From positions 1 to 64,000 of the forward strand of contig OY760935.1 of NCBI GenBank assembly GCA_963664295.1: a stretch of 64,000 nucleotides of DNA, in the 5' to 3' direction. The stretch is from Candidatus Altimarinota bacterium. Its GTDB lineage: Bacteria > Patescibacteriota > Gracilibacteria > CAIRYL01 > GCA-016699755. Positions 10,783 to 19,589 of this stretch are shown here, piece by piece. The position numbers and the translations under genes were made by a program. The notes below the pieces were generated by a model, which made no database searches, was not told the DNA's origin, and was given only the letters and a program-made list of their open reading frames with translations. Positions within the stretch are counted from its first letter, which is position 1. Each line of letters opens with the position of its first letter.

Positions 10783-13119
10783 ATGATTACAGCAATCCAA
10801 AGAGGATACTCAAAATTAGAAAAAGTTTTGTTAGTGCTTTTTACGATAATTTTTTTATCGTCCACAACAGGACTTTTTTATGCGTTTTGGGTTGATAATA
10901 CAGATATGCTTCCTGCTGACGGAGGAGAATATCTTGAAGGCGCAGTAGGTAATGTTGATGAAAATTTTAAAATCAATCCACTTTTTACTTTTGGCGCTAA
11001 GGCTAATTCCTCTGAAGCAGATTTAACTCAGCTTATTTTTGCTGGTCTAATGAGATATGATCCAGCAACAGGCCAACACGAAGACTATTTAGCAGACCAT
11101 ACTCTTTCAGAAGATAAAAAAACCTACACTTTTGTTTTAAAAGAAAATTTAAAATGGCACGATGGGCACTCTATCACTGCTGATGATATTATTTTTACCT
11201 TTCGTGATGTTATTCAGCATCCTGATTTTGAAAATGAGTTCCTAAAAACAGCTTTTGAAGGAGTAAAAATAGAAAAAAAAGACGAACGCACAGTGACATT
11301 CAACATAGCTGAACCATATAAATTTTTCTTAACCAATTTTACAGTTGGTATTGTGCCAAGGCATATTTTAATGCACACACCACCAAAAAATTTATCCCTT
11401 GATTCATTCAATCAAGAGCCAATTGGTGCAGGTCCTTATAAATTTTCTAGTATTTCCTATAATGATCCCACTTTTGACGAAATTAGACTTACAAAATTTC
11501 AAGATTTTATTCTAGAAAAGCCAAAATTAGAATTTATTACCATGCGTCTTTATCATAAAAAAACTGATTTAGCCGCTAATATCTCCCAGTTAGATGGAGT
11601 GCGACCAATGTTAGAGTCTGAAAGTGCCTTTTTGCCAGAAAAAAGCAATTTTAAACAAGTAAGTTTTCAATTACCACAATACATAGCAGTGTTTATAAAT
11701 ATGGATGACCCGCTTTTTAAAGGCGATAAAAATCAAAAAATGCGTTGGGCACTTCAATTAGCAACAAATAAAGAAGGAATACTACAAGAAATACCAGGAA
11801 TAAGAGTAGACACACCGCTTTTGGAAATAGATAACGAAAATTGGCTTTCTGAATATGATCCAGAAAAAGCATCCGGAGCACTCAAAGACTCAGGCTGGAT
11901 ATTGCCAGAAAAAACAACAGAACTAGAAGAGGAAGCTCCCGCAGAAGAACAGCCAGAAGAAACAGAAGAACCAGAAGAGACAAGTGAACCAGAAGCAGTA
12001 GAAGAAAGTTCTGAAGAAAATACCGACACAACAGAAGAAGAGACAGCAGAAAGTCCGGAAGAAGAAGCAGAAGACACAGCTAAAATAATTAGCGAAGGCG
12101 ACACAGAAGCAAAATATCTCTATGAACCAAGCAAAAAAAACTATTTTGAAACAAATAATCAAGATTTTTTCATGGTAGGAAAATTTCCAGAAGGAACAAA
12201 AAGAGTAGATGTAAACAAATACACGCTTCAATTATTCAATCCAGATAACAATCGTTTTAGCTATAAAATCAATTTAGAAATTGGCACAATCCGCATAGGA
12301 GAAAATAAATACAAAATTGAATTTTATGACTCAGAAAACAATCTTCTTGATGCAGAAGAAATTACAATAAAATTAACAGAAGGAGGAGAGCACAGTGCCC
12401 CAACAGAAGCACCAGTTTCCGGAGAAGTAAGCAGAGAAGAAGAGCCAGCTGAAGAGCCAGAAGCAGAAACAACAGAAAATCCAGAAGAATTAATAAATAT
12501 TCGTATAAAAGAAACAGAAAAAAGCGAAGAAGAAGACGAAGAGCAAGTAGAGCCAGAAAAATTAATATTAAAAATAACCACCGCAGATTCGCCAGAATAC
12601 CTCACAAAAACCGCAGAAATTATCCAGCAACAATGGGAAGCAGTAGGAATAAAAGTAGAAATAGAATCATTACCACCAGCAGAATTATTACAAAAAATAA
12701 AAGATAGAGATTATCAATTACTTTTATATGGACAAAATTTAGGATACAACCTCGATGCATTCCCATATTGGCACTTATCACAAACAAAAGTAGGACTAAA
12801 TCTTTCCGAATATCAGAATTTTGAAGCAAGCGTATTGCTCGAAGAGATCCGCCGAACACACAATGAAGAATTTAGACAAAAAAATCTTGAAAAATTACAA
12901 GAATTAATGAAAGAAGATGTTCCAGCAGTTTTCCTTTATTCTCCAAACTATATCATGTATATTGATTCACGATTTCAAAATATTGAAATAGAAAAATTAG
13001 CATTATTCCCAGATCGCTTTGCAAATATAGAAGATTGGTATGTACATACAAAAAGAGCATTCGTAGAAGATAAATCATGGTTTTCATTCTTTAATTGGTT
13101 TTTTGGAAAAATTTTTTAA
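10783..13119 (+). CDS. ABC transporter substrate-binding protein family 5 (OppA-like) with a large acidic insertion
   Basis: WHDG..ITADDI.FT, PIGAGPYK and DVPAVFLYSP motifs; two Glu/Pro/Thr-rich linkers flank an inserted beta-rich segment. Confidence 0.88.
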   Translation: MITAIQRGYSKLEKVLLVLFTIIFLSSTTGLFYAFWVDNTDMLPADGGEYLEGAVGNVDENFKINPLFTFGAKANSSEADLTQLIFAGLMRYDPATGQHEDYLADHTLSEDKKTYTFVLKENLKWHDGHSITADDIIFTFRDVIQHPDFENEFLKTAFEGVKIEKKDERTVTFNIAEPYKFFLTNFTVGIVPRHILMHTPPKNLSLDSFNQEPIGAGPYKFSSISYNDPTFDEIRLTKFQDFILEKPKLEFITMRLYHKKTDLAANISQLDGVRPMLESESAFLPEKSNFKQVSFQLPQYIAVFINMDDPLFKGDKNQKMRWALQLATNKEGILQEIPGIRVDTPLLEIDNENWLSEYDPEKASGALKDSGWILPEKTTELEEEAPAEEQPEETEEPEETSEPEAVEESSEENTDTTEEETAESPEEEAEDTAKIISEGDTEAKYLYEPSKKNYFETNNQDFFMVGKFPEGTKRVDVNKYTLQLFNPDNNRFSYKINLEIGTIRIGENKYKIEFYDSENNLLDAEEITIKLTEGGEHSAPTEAPVSGEVSREEEPAEEPEAETTENPEELINIRIKETEKSEEEDEEQVEPEKLILKITTADSPEYLTKTAEIIQQQWEAVGIKVEIESLPPAELLQKIKDRDYQLLLYGQNLGYNLDAFPYWHLSQTKVGLNLSEYQNFEASVLLEEIRRTHNEEFRQKNLEKLQELMKEDVPAVFLYSPNYIMYIDSRFQNIEIEKLALFPDRFANIEDWYVHTKRAFVEDKSWFSFFNWFFGKIF

Positions 13120-13126
13120 TTAACAT

Positions 13127-13582
13127 ATGAAAGTAGTACTTTTAAAAACAGTAAAAGGCGTAGGAGCTGAAGGTGATGCAGTAAATGTTGCCGATGGTCA
13201 CGCAATAAATTTTTTACTACCACAAAAAGTAGCAGTAAAAGCTACTCCAGAAGCTTTGGAAAAAGCAGAAAAAATCCGCGCAGAACGCATAGCACACAAG
13301 GAAGAAATAATGGCAAATGCAAAAAAATACGCAGATAAAATCAAGGGCGCAAGTATTAAATTCAAGAAAAAAACTACAGATGGAACAAAATTGTTTGGTG
13401 CTATCAATGAAAAAGACATTATTGACGCAGTGGAAGTTGAGTTAAAAATCGCGCTTGAGAAAAAACAAGTAAAAGTACCAAAGCACATTAAGGAGATTGG
13501 TAAATATGAAGTAGAAATTCACCTTGCAGAAGATATTTATGCAAATCTCAAAATAGAGATTGAAGCAGAAACAGATAAATAA
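13127..13582 (+). CDS. rplI: 50S ribosomal protein L9
   Basis: MKVVLL..V.G.G..G..V.VADGHA.NFLLP and KLFGAI motifs. Confidence 0.97.
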   Translation: MKVVLLKTVKGVGAEGDAVNVADGHAINFLLPQKVAVKATPEALEKAEKIRAERIAHKEEIMANAKKYADKIKGASIKFKKKTTDGTKLFGAINEKDIIDAVEVELKIALEKKQVKVPKHIKEIGKYEVEIHLAEDIYANLKIEIEAETDK

Positions 13583-13633
13583 TATAATTTTTTTGTTCAT
13601 AATTTGCAGTCTTAATTACCAGATTGCAATTAG

Positions 13634-13709
13634 GGGCCTGTAGCTCAGTGGTTAGAGCAGTCGGCTCATAACCGATTGGTCGCTGGTTCGATTCCAGCCA
13701 GGCCCACCA
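13634..13709 (+). tRNA. tRNA with CAT anticodon, most likely tRNA-Ile2 (lysidine type)
   Basis: GGGCCTG/CAGGCCC stem, loop CT-CAT-AA, paired 1-72, no initiator GGG/CCC anticodon stem; resembles ileX-type tRNAs; CCA encoded. Confidence 0.88.
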
Positions 13710-13887
13710 TCGACAAAAATATCATGCTTTGCATGATTTTTTGACGATGTAGATTTGGAATGCAAAATCGAACCAGCGACCATATAATAAGCTCGCTGGT
13801 GCACTCGAAGCGAAGCAGTTTTGCAAAAAGCCGAAGGCTGAATGCAAAAATGCGAAGCAGAGAGGAGATTCCAGCCAGGCCCACCAT
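13710..13887 (+). mobile_element. tRNA-associated miniature element bounded by a 21-bp duplication of the tRNA 3' end
   Basis: GATTCCAGCCAGGCCCACCAT at 13690-13710 and 13867-13887; 13766-13782 is the exact reverse complement of 13677-13693; internal hairpins. Mobility is inferred. Confidence 0.6.
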
Positions 13888-14081
13888 ATTGGAAAGAGAG
13901 GCAATTTCTAGCATAAGCTCTACCTCTTTTGTCGCTTGTATATGCACTTTTTTATTGTCTATGGAAAGGTTCGCCACCAGGAATTTTAGAAATTTTTTGT
14001 TACCTTAGGTTAAGGTATTTTAAGCTAGATAATTTAATAGAAATAAGTAAAATATTTATATAATGCTACGATTTTAAAATA

Positions 14082-15047
14082 ATGAATTTTACATTTATAG
14101 ATTTATTTGCTGGCATAGGTGGTATAAAAATTGGATTTGAAAATGTAGGTTTTCAGTGTGTTTTTTCTAATGATTTTGATGAAAATGCAAAAATAACTTT
14201 TGATCTTAATTTTTCAGAGCCCTTTGAGTCAGAAAAACAAATGGTTCTTGGCGATGTTCAAAAAATTTCAACTGATAAAATTCCTGATTGTGATATTTTA
14301 TGTGGAGGTTTTCCTTGTCAGCCGTTTTCTGTAGCTGGCTATAGACAGGGCTTTGAAGATGAAAGAGGAAGAGGGAATTTATTTTTTGACATTATTAGAA
14401 TTTTAAAAAATAAAAAGCCAAAGGTTTTTTTGCTTGAAAACGTAAAAAACCTCAAAACTCATGATAAAGGAAGAACAATTGAAGTAATATATAGAGAACT
14501 TGAAAAACTAGGCTATAAAGTAACAGATAAAGTCATGAACTCAATGGAATATGGAAATCTTCCACAAAATAGAGAAAGAATTTATATCGCAGGATTTCTC
14601 CATCAAAAACATTTTGATAAATTCACGTTTCCAAAGAAAATTCCTCTTACAAAAACTATTCATGATTGCTTAGAAGAAAAGGAAGTTGATGATAAATATT
14701 ATTACAATAACAAGCCACTTTATAAAAAGTTAAAAAACGATATTACAAAAAGAGACACCATTTATCAATGGAGAAGAAAATATGTCAGAGAAAATAAAAA
14801 TGGTGTCTGTCCTACTCTTACTGCTAATATGGGAACAGGAGGTCATAATGTGCCATTAGTTTTGAATGGAAAAGGAATTAGAAAACTAACACCGAGAGAA
14901 TGTGCTAATTTTCAAGGTTTTCCAAGGACTTATAAATTGCCAAATATTGCTGATTCTCATTTGTATAAACAATTTGGAAACTCTGTCTCAATTCCAGTTA
15001 TTGAAAGAATTGCTAAAAATATAAAAATATCTTTAAAGCTTACTTAA
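14082..15047 (+). CDS. DNA (cytosine-5)-methyltransferase
   Basis: FAGIGG, GFPCQ, ENV, QNRERI, RKLTPRECA and YKQFGNSV motifs. Confidence 0.97.
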   Translation: MNFTFIDLFAGIGGIKIGFENVGFQCVFSNDFDENAKITFDLNFSEPFESEKQMVLGDVQKISTDKIPDCDILCGGFPCQPFSVAGYRQGFEDERGRGNLFFDIIRILKNKKPKVFLLENVKNLKTHDKGRTIEVIYRELEKLGYKVTDKVMNSMEYGNLPQNRERIYIAGFLHQKHFDKFTFPKKIPLTKTIHDCLEEKEVDDKYYYNNKPLYKKLKNDITKRDTIYQWRRKYVRENKNGVCPTLTANMGTGGHNVPLVLNGKGIRKLTPRECANFQGFPRTYKLPNIADSHLYKQFGNSVSIPVIERIAKNIKISLKLT

Positions 15048-15053
15048 TAAATT

Positions 15054-16115
15054 ATGAATTTTTATAAATTGACATTAGAAGATTTTAAAAGAGTTTTTGA
15101 GTTTGGAACAAACTATTATATTGATCCATCTAAAAATACCACAGGAAGAACCACAGGAGAACCAAGGGGTCTTGGTGCTATTTTAGACGCTTTTACTTTA
15201 GGTAAGTTAACAGAAATTGGGGTTGAAAAGATTTTACGAGAACATAATCAAAATAAAAATTACATTTTAGATTTTGATATAAAATCAAACTCACAAGTAA
15301 AAGATGAGCCAGATATTATTCAAATAAATGAATTTAGTAAAAACAGAGAACCTAATGTTTTTATTGAAATAAAGAATACCTCTGAGAATGATCGTTGGAT
15401 AGGCTTAACAGAAGAGCAGTTTAATACAATAAAAAGAAGTGCTGGAAAAAGAAGGATATATATGATTTATGCTTCAATTAATTCTGAAACCATTGAAAAC
15501 AATCCGAAAACCACAGATTTAACAGGTATGTTTTTAAAAGAAATTGAAAATCAAAATAAAAGTAAAATTTTTCAAAAGTTCGCTGGTTTAAATGCAAAAT
15601 GTAAAATTGAATTTATAATTTCTGCTGATGATTTAGACCAATTTGCTTTTCCGTTTGAAAGGGGAATGAATATGTATGAAACAAGACTTTTTGATGAGAA
15701 AAAAACAACATCTTTTTATTCTCAGGGAGGATTGCAAGTTAGAAAAGATGTTTTAGGTATTGAAGAATTTAATAGTTTTGATGGTATAAGAAAATTAGAA
15801 ATATCTAATGGTGTAAGTTCAGAAAGAGAGGAGATTTCAAAATTTAAAGTCAAAGGAAGTTTTAAGCTTATTAAAAAAAGAAAAAAGACTTATATTGAGT
15901 GTATTTCTGATATTTATCTTGAAAATGGTATTTTTGGAAAATTTAAATTAGAAAATGGAAAATTTTACAGTTTTAACCTCGCAACAGTAGGAAGAGATCC
16001 AAAATTAAAAAGAAATAATTTATTTATAGCAAAAAATAGAATTTATCAGTTAATAAATGACAATAAAATTAGGCAACCTGAAATTGTTATTCAGGAAATA
16101 GTTAATAATATTTAG
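15054..16115 (+). CDS. Probable type II restriction endonuclease (PD-(D/E)xK)
   Basis: Starts 6 bp after the MTase; GKLTE...EPDII...FIEIK arrangement. Confidence 0.7.
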   Translation: MNFYKLTLEDFKRVFEFGTNYYIDPSKNTTGRTTGEPRGLGAILDAFTLGKLTEIGVEKILREHNQNKNYILDFDIKSNSQVKDEPDIIQINEFSKNREPNVFIEIKNTSENDRWIGLTEEQFNTIKRSAGKRRIYMIYASINSETIENNPKTTDLTGMFLKEIENQNKSKIFQKFAGLNAKCKIEFIISADDLDQFAFPFERGMNMYETRLFDEKKTTSFYSQGGLQVRKDVLGIEEFNSFDGIRKLEISNGVSSEREEISKFKVKGSFKLIKKRKKTYIECISDIYLENGIFGKFKLENGKFYSFNLATVGRDPKLKRNNLFIAKNRIYQLINDNKIRQPEIVIQEIVNNI

Positions 16116-16177
16116 TTTTAAAATAATTTCAATAATTCACAATATTATATTAAACTTGGATTATTATTTTAAAAACT

Positions 16178-16579
16178 ATGAACAACACAAAAGATTTAAA
16201 CACTCAAGCAACAAGCGGGGGAACAGGAGGTCGTTTATATGGCAAAATTAAGCCAAAAAAAGCAGTAGCAGTTGGTTACATCACAGAAGAAGAACTAAAA
16301 CAATATCCAACTACTGATGAGTCATATATTGCAACAAGCTGGATTACTCTTTTTGATATACCTCTCATTCCTTTGAAAACTTATTTAGTTATTAGTAAAA
16401 ATAAAAGCAAATCTTTTCATATACCTTTTTTGATGAGCAGAGATTCTTTTGATGTTATTCCATTAAAAAAACTATTTTGGAGGCAAATTATAACAACTTA
16501 TCTCCTTATTCCTGTATTTATTGCTCTATTTCTTGTGATTGGTTTTGCTATTGTGAAAATGATTTACGGTGATTTTTAA
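16178..16579 (+). CDS. Hypothetical membrane protein
   Basis: 133 aa; WITLFDIPLIPL segment and a C-terminal TM. Confidence 0.7.
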   Translation: MNNTKDLNTQATSGGTGGRLYGKIKPKKAVAVGYITEEELKQYPTTDESYIATSWITLFDIPLIPLKTYLVISKNKSKSFHIPFLMSRDSFDVIPLKKLFWRQIITTYLLIPVFIALFLVIGFAIVKMIYGDF

Positions 16580-16585
16580 TAAAAA

Positions 16586-17014
16586 TCAGCAAACTTTTTT
16601 AAAAAAATCTCTCACATAATTTTTAATATCTTCAGGGTTATCAAATTTTTCATAAGCCTCTTTTATTATTTTGATAATTCCTCCGCCGATTGCAGAATAG
16701 CCTCTTTCCAGCTCAACACAGCCCAAAGCCTCATATGTATCTAAAAATTTTCTTCGAGGATAAGGCTGTTCTTCTTTTGCATCAGGTACAATAAAAACAA
16801 TAGCACTTTTGGTAACGTCATAAATCCAAGAGACCATATTATTAAAAGTAGGTATCCCTCCTGACATAAAAGTTTCGATAATAAGCACATCTAGGTTTCC
16901 GGCCTCAATCTCTTTATCAACAAATTTTCTATGCATTGTAATGCCTTCTCTAAGTGGGCTATTAGCATCCAGTGAATATTTGGTTCTTTTTTCATGGTCT
17001 TGCATTTTAACCAT
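16586..17014 (-). CDS. Hypothetical protein, possibly receiver-like fold
   Basis: DVLIIETFMSGG...AIVFIV pattern; start uncertain (ATG 17014 or 17005; the ORF extends to 17068). Confidence 0.5.
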   Translation of the reverse strand: MVKMQDHEKRTKYSLDANSPLREGITMHRKFVDKEIEAGNLDVLIIETFMSGGIPTFNNMVSWIYDVTKSAIVFIVPDAKEEQPYPRRKFLDTYEALGCVELERGYSAIGGGIIKIIKEAYEKFDNPEDIKNYVRDFFKKVC

Positions 17015-17116
17015 AAATACAAATAAAGTCAATTGAAATAAAAAATAGACTTTTGATGCAAGTTGCACAATAAGCTCAATTAACTTTATAATGATTTTAT
17101 CAATCTAAGTCACATC

Positions 17117-17644
17117 ATGACTCTTTTTATAATCACAGTTTTATTGGTAATTTTTATTGTATTGTCCATTTTTTTAGCTTGGTTTTCGCTCGCACCATGG
17201 GTGCCAACCAACAAAAAAGATTTAGAACGAGTAAATAAAATAAGTAATTTAAAATCAGGACAAACCTTTTTGGAAATGGGCTGTGGTAATGGCAGAATAT
17301 GCACATATATAGCAAAAAACAACCCCGAAGCAGAAGTAATTGGCATAGAGCTTTCATATCTTTTTTATTTTTTTGCAAAAATTAGAGAAATTTTTTTTGG
17401 TCCAGATAATTTGAAAATTATTTTTGGTAATGTTTTGAATTATGATGTTTCCAATATTGATGTTTTGTATATTTTTGCCTTACCAGAATCAATGAATAAG
17501 CAGATAAAACAAAAAATAAGCAAAGAAATGAAACAAGATGCAAGACTTGTTTCTTATATTTTTTCTATAAAAGAATGGCAAGGGGAAACAATAAAACACA
17601 AGGAAACGCCAAAATTTTCAACAATTTATGTTTATAAAAAATAA
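17117..17644 (+). CDS. Membrane-anchored class I SAM methyltransferase (FAM173-like)
   Basis: N-terminal TM, APWVPT, LEMGCGNGR, GIE and LVSYIF motifs. Confidence 0.85.
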   Translation: MTLFIITVLLVIFIVLSIFLAWFSLAPWVPTNKKDLERVNKISNLKSGQTFLEMGCGNGRICTYIAKNNPEAEVIGIELSYLFYFFAKIREIFFGPDNLKIIFGNVLNYDVSNIDVLYIFALPESMNKQIKQKISKEMKQDARLVSYIFSIKEWQGETIKHKETPKFSTIYVYKK

Positions 17645-17647
17645 AAT

Positions 17648-18292
17648 ATGGATTTTTTAACAAAATTATCAGGTTTTGGAAATTTTTCTGTTAAAGACAA
17701 TCAAAGAGAAATCATAATTAAGCAAAATAATTATTTTTTGATTGTTTTTTCTTTTATGCTTTTTTTGCTTTTCTTGTTTTTTATACCTTTGATGGTGCAT
17801 TTTGCGGAAAATGGTCACTTCACAAGAAGAGGTAGGCATATTTATATAATTATTCTTTGTTTAATTGGTTGTTTTGTGAGCATAAAAGAAATGTTTTCTT
17901 ATATTCAAAAGCAAAAAGTGTTAAAAATTGATCGAATAAAAAAGGTTGTAATTTATAAAGAAAAAGAATTAAGTGTCGAGAGAATACATTTTGTTGCACT
18001 GGGGTCTAAAATTAATAATTTTTATCTTAATAGCTATTGTTTGCTTTTTTATATTTATCCAAATATAAAGCAGGGCAAAAAACAAATCTTACTAAGATCA
18101 TCATTTTTTGTTCCAACTCCTTTATCCAAAAATTTAATGACTTATTTGGCTAATGAAATCAATAAAATGACATCAGCACAGGAGTTCGTTAATAACAAAA
18201 TAAGATTTTCAGATGTTTTAAAAGTAATAAAGTTGATGATTAGTGCTATTTTTATTGGCGGAATTGTCTTTTTCTTATTTTTAATTTATTAG
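17648..18292 (+). CDS. Hypothetical membrane protein
   Basis: 214 aa, three hydrophobic segments, 3 bp after the previous gene. Confidence 0.7.
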   Translation: MDFLTKLSGFGNFSVKDNQREIIIKQNNYFLIVFSFMLFLLFLFFIPLMVHFAENGHFTRRGRHIYIIILCLIGCFVSIKEMFSYIQKQKVLKIDRIKKVVIYKEKELSVERIHFVALGSKINNFYLNSYCLLFYIYPNIKQGKKQILLRSSFFVPTPLSKNLMTYLANEINKMTSAQEFVNNKIRFSDVLKVIKLMISAIFIGGIVFFLFLIY

Positions 18293-18328
18293 TCAATTTT
18301 TTATTTATTGCTTGTTGTGAACGATTTT

Positions 18329-19303
18329 CTAGTTCAGTACAATATTACTATCTAGCTCATTACTAAGTTTTACTAATCTTTCAGCATCTTGCATAATATA
18401 AGCTTTTAATTGCTCAAGAAGGGCAGATACTTGTCCATAAGCCTTTAGTCCATCTTGCTTCTTTAGTTTTATTGCTTCAGGGGTATCCCATTCATATGGA
18501 ACTAACTCTAGTTTTGCATAGCCAGCTAGATGCTCCTTTATTGTTTCATTAATACACTGTTTAAGGTCTTCCAATGAGCAAGGTTTTTTAATAAGCTGCT
18601 TGCTTATTTTTTCGAACATTGTTTCTAGTAAGTAGTCTTCAAAAAATGGATGTATAGCAAGTAAGTCTGCAGCTATATCGATAGCCTTAAGATCTTCTTT
18701 TGCCCTCCCACCTTCTAGTATTTCAAGCATTTTTTCTCTGTCCATGTTTGGGTCTAGGCCACTTTTTTCTATTGCTTTATTAAACATACGAACTGCTATG
18801 TTTTCACCTTGCTTCTGTGATATTCCTTCTTCTGCTAGATCTTCCTTAATCTCTTCTATAGTAGAAAGTATGCCTTTGCCTATTCGATCTTTGCTTGATA
18901 TTATTTTATTTAGAGCTTCGGTTAAAATTCTTGTAATTTCTTTTGCTTCGGGAGCGTCTTCTTTTCTGTTTGCGAACAAAAGAAGGCATTGGCAAATTTC
19001 TTGAACATTAGTTCTGTAGCTTTCTTTAATTTTTAAAAGTGCTGTCTCTAGACTTTTTCCAGTTACGTCAGCATTTTGTGGTAGTGGGTGATTGTCTATA
19101 GCACTTAAGGCAGCATCCACATTTGCAGCATTTTCTTTGATTAACTCAAAAATCATCATTTCAAATAATGCGGCATCGGCTTTTTCGTCTTCACTAAGTC
19201 CTTTTTGATCGTAAGAATCTACCAAAAAACAATCATCTTTTTTTTCTGGACCTACTATTGGGTCGCTTGATCCTGATTTTAGTTCATATGCCATTTTTGC
19301 CAT
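18329..19303 (-). CDS. Hypothetical alpha-helical acidic protein
   Basis: 324-aa ORF with an upstream TTGACA-17-TAAAGT promoter candidate; no family recognised. Confidence 0.75.
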   Translation of the reverse strand: MAKMAYELKSGSSDPIVGPEKKDDCFLVDSYDQKGLSEDEKADAALFEMMIFELIKENAANVDAALSAIDNHPLPQNADVTGKSLETALLKIKESYRTNVQEICQCLLLFANRKEDAPEAKEITRILTEALNKIISSKDRIGKGILSTIEEIKEDLAEEGISQKQGENIAVRMFNKAIEKSGLDPNMDREKMLEILEGGRAKEDLKAIDIAADLLAIHPFFEDYLLETMFEKISKQLIKKPCSLEDLKQCINETIKEHLAGYAKLELVPYEWDTPEAIKLKKQDGLKAYGQVSALLEQLKAYIMQDAERLVKLSNELDSNIVLN

Positions 19304-19335
19304 TTTTTTGGTGAAAAAATTTTTTAAAGTGCAAC

Positions 19336-19410
19336 ACTTTACAATTATAAATTATATTTGTCAAGAGTTTTAATACATTATTTGCATTATGTTTATTTTT
19401 ATTGTATAAT
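19336..19410. promoter_or_regulatory. Back-to-back sigma70-type promoters
   Basis: Minus strand TTGACA (19364-19359)-17-TAAAGT (19341-19336); plus strand TTGCAT (19382-19387)-17-TATAAT (19405-19410). Confidence 0.6.
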
Positions 19411-19433
19411 AATATAATTTAAAAATAAAAATA

Positions 19434-19589
19434 ATGAACAGTGGTCGAAAAATAATAAAAAAATACATTGCACATTTTGATCAATGTGCAAAAAAACAAA
19501 AAAAAGCTCAAGAAAACATAAAAAAAGGAATAAAAAATCTTTCAGAGCTTGTTTTAAAAGTAAAACAAAAACATGGCAGAAATACCTAG
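19434..19589 (+). CDS. Small basic ORF, 51 aa (not in the ORF track)
   Basis: MNSGRKIIKKYIAHFDQCAKKQKKAQENIKKGIKNLSELVLKVKQKHGRNT; directly after the promoter, overlaps the next start by 17 nt. Confidence 0.4.
   Translation: MNSGRKIIKKYIAHFDQCAKKQKKAQENIKKGIKNLSELVLKVKQKHGRNT

Noticed and set aside
13601-13631. Hairpin TTGCAGTCT/AGATTGCAA before tRNA-Ile2 as a terminator
   Set aside because: AT-rich stem without a U tract; it cannot be distinguished from promoter or leader sequence.
13666-14008. ORFs 13666-13977, 13722-13904 and 13760-14008
   Set aside because: They overlap the tRNA and its GC-rich structured repeat; they are shadow ORFs.
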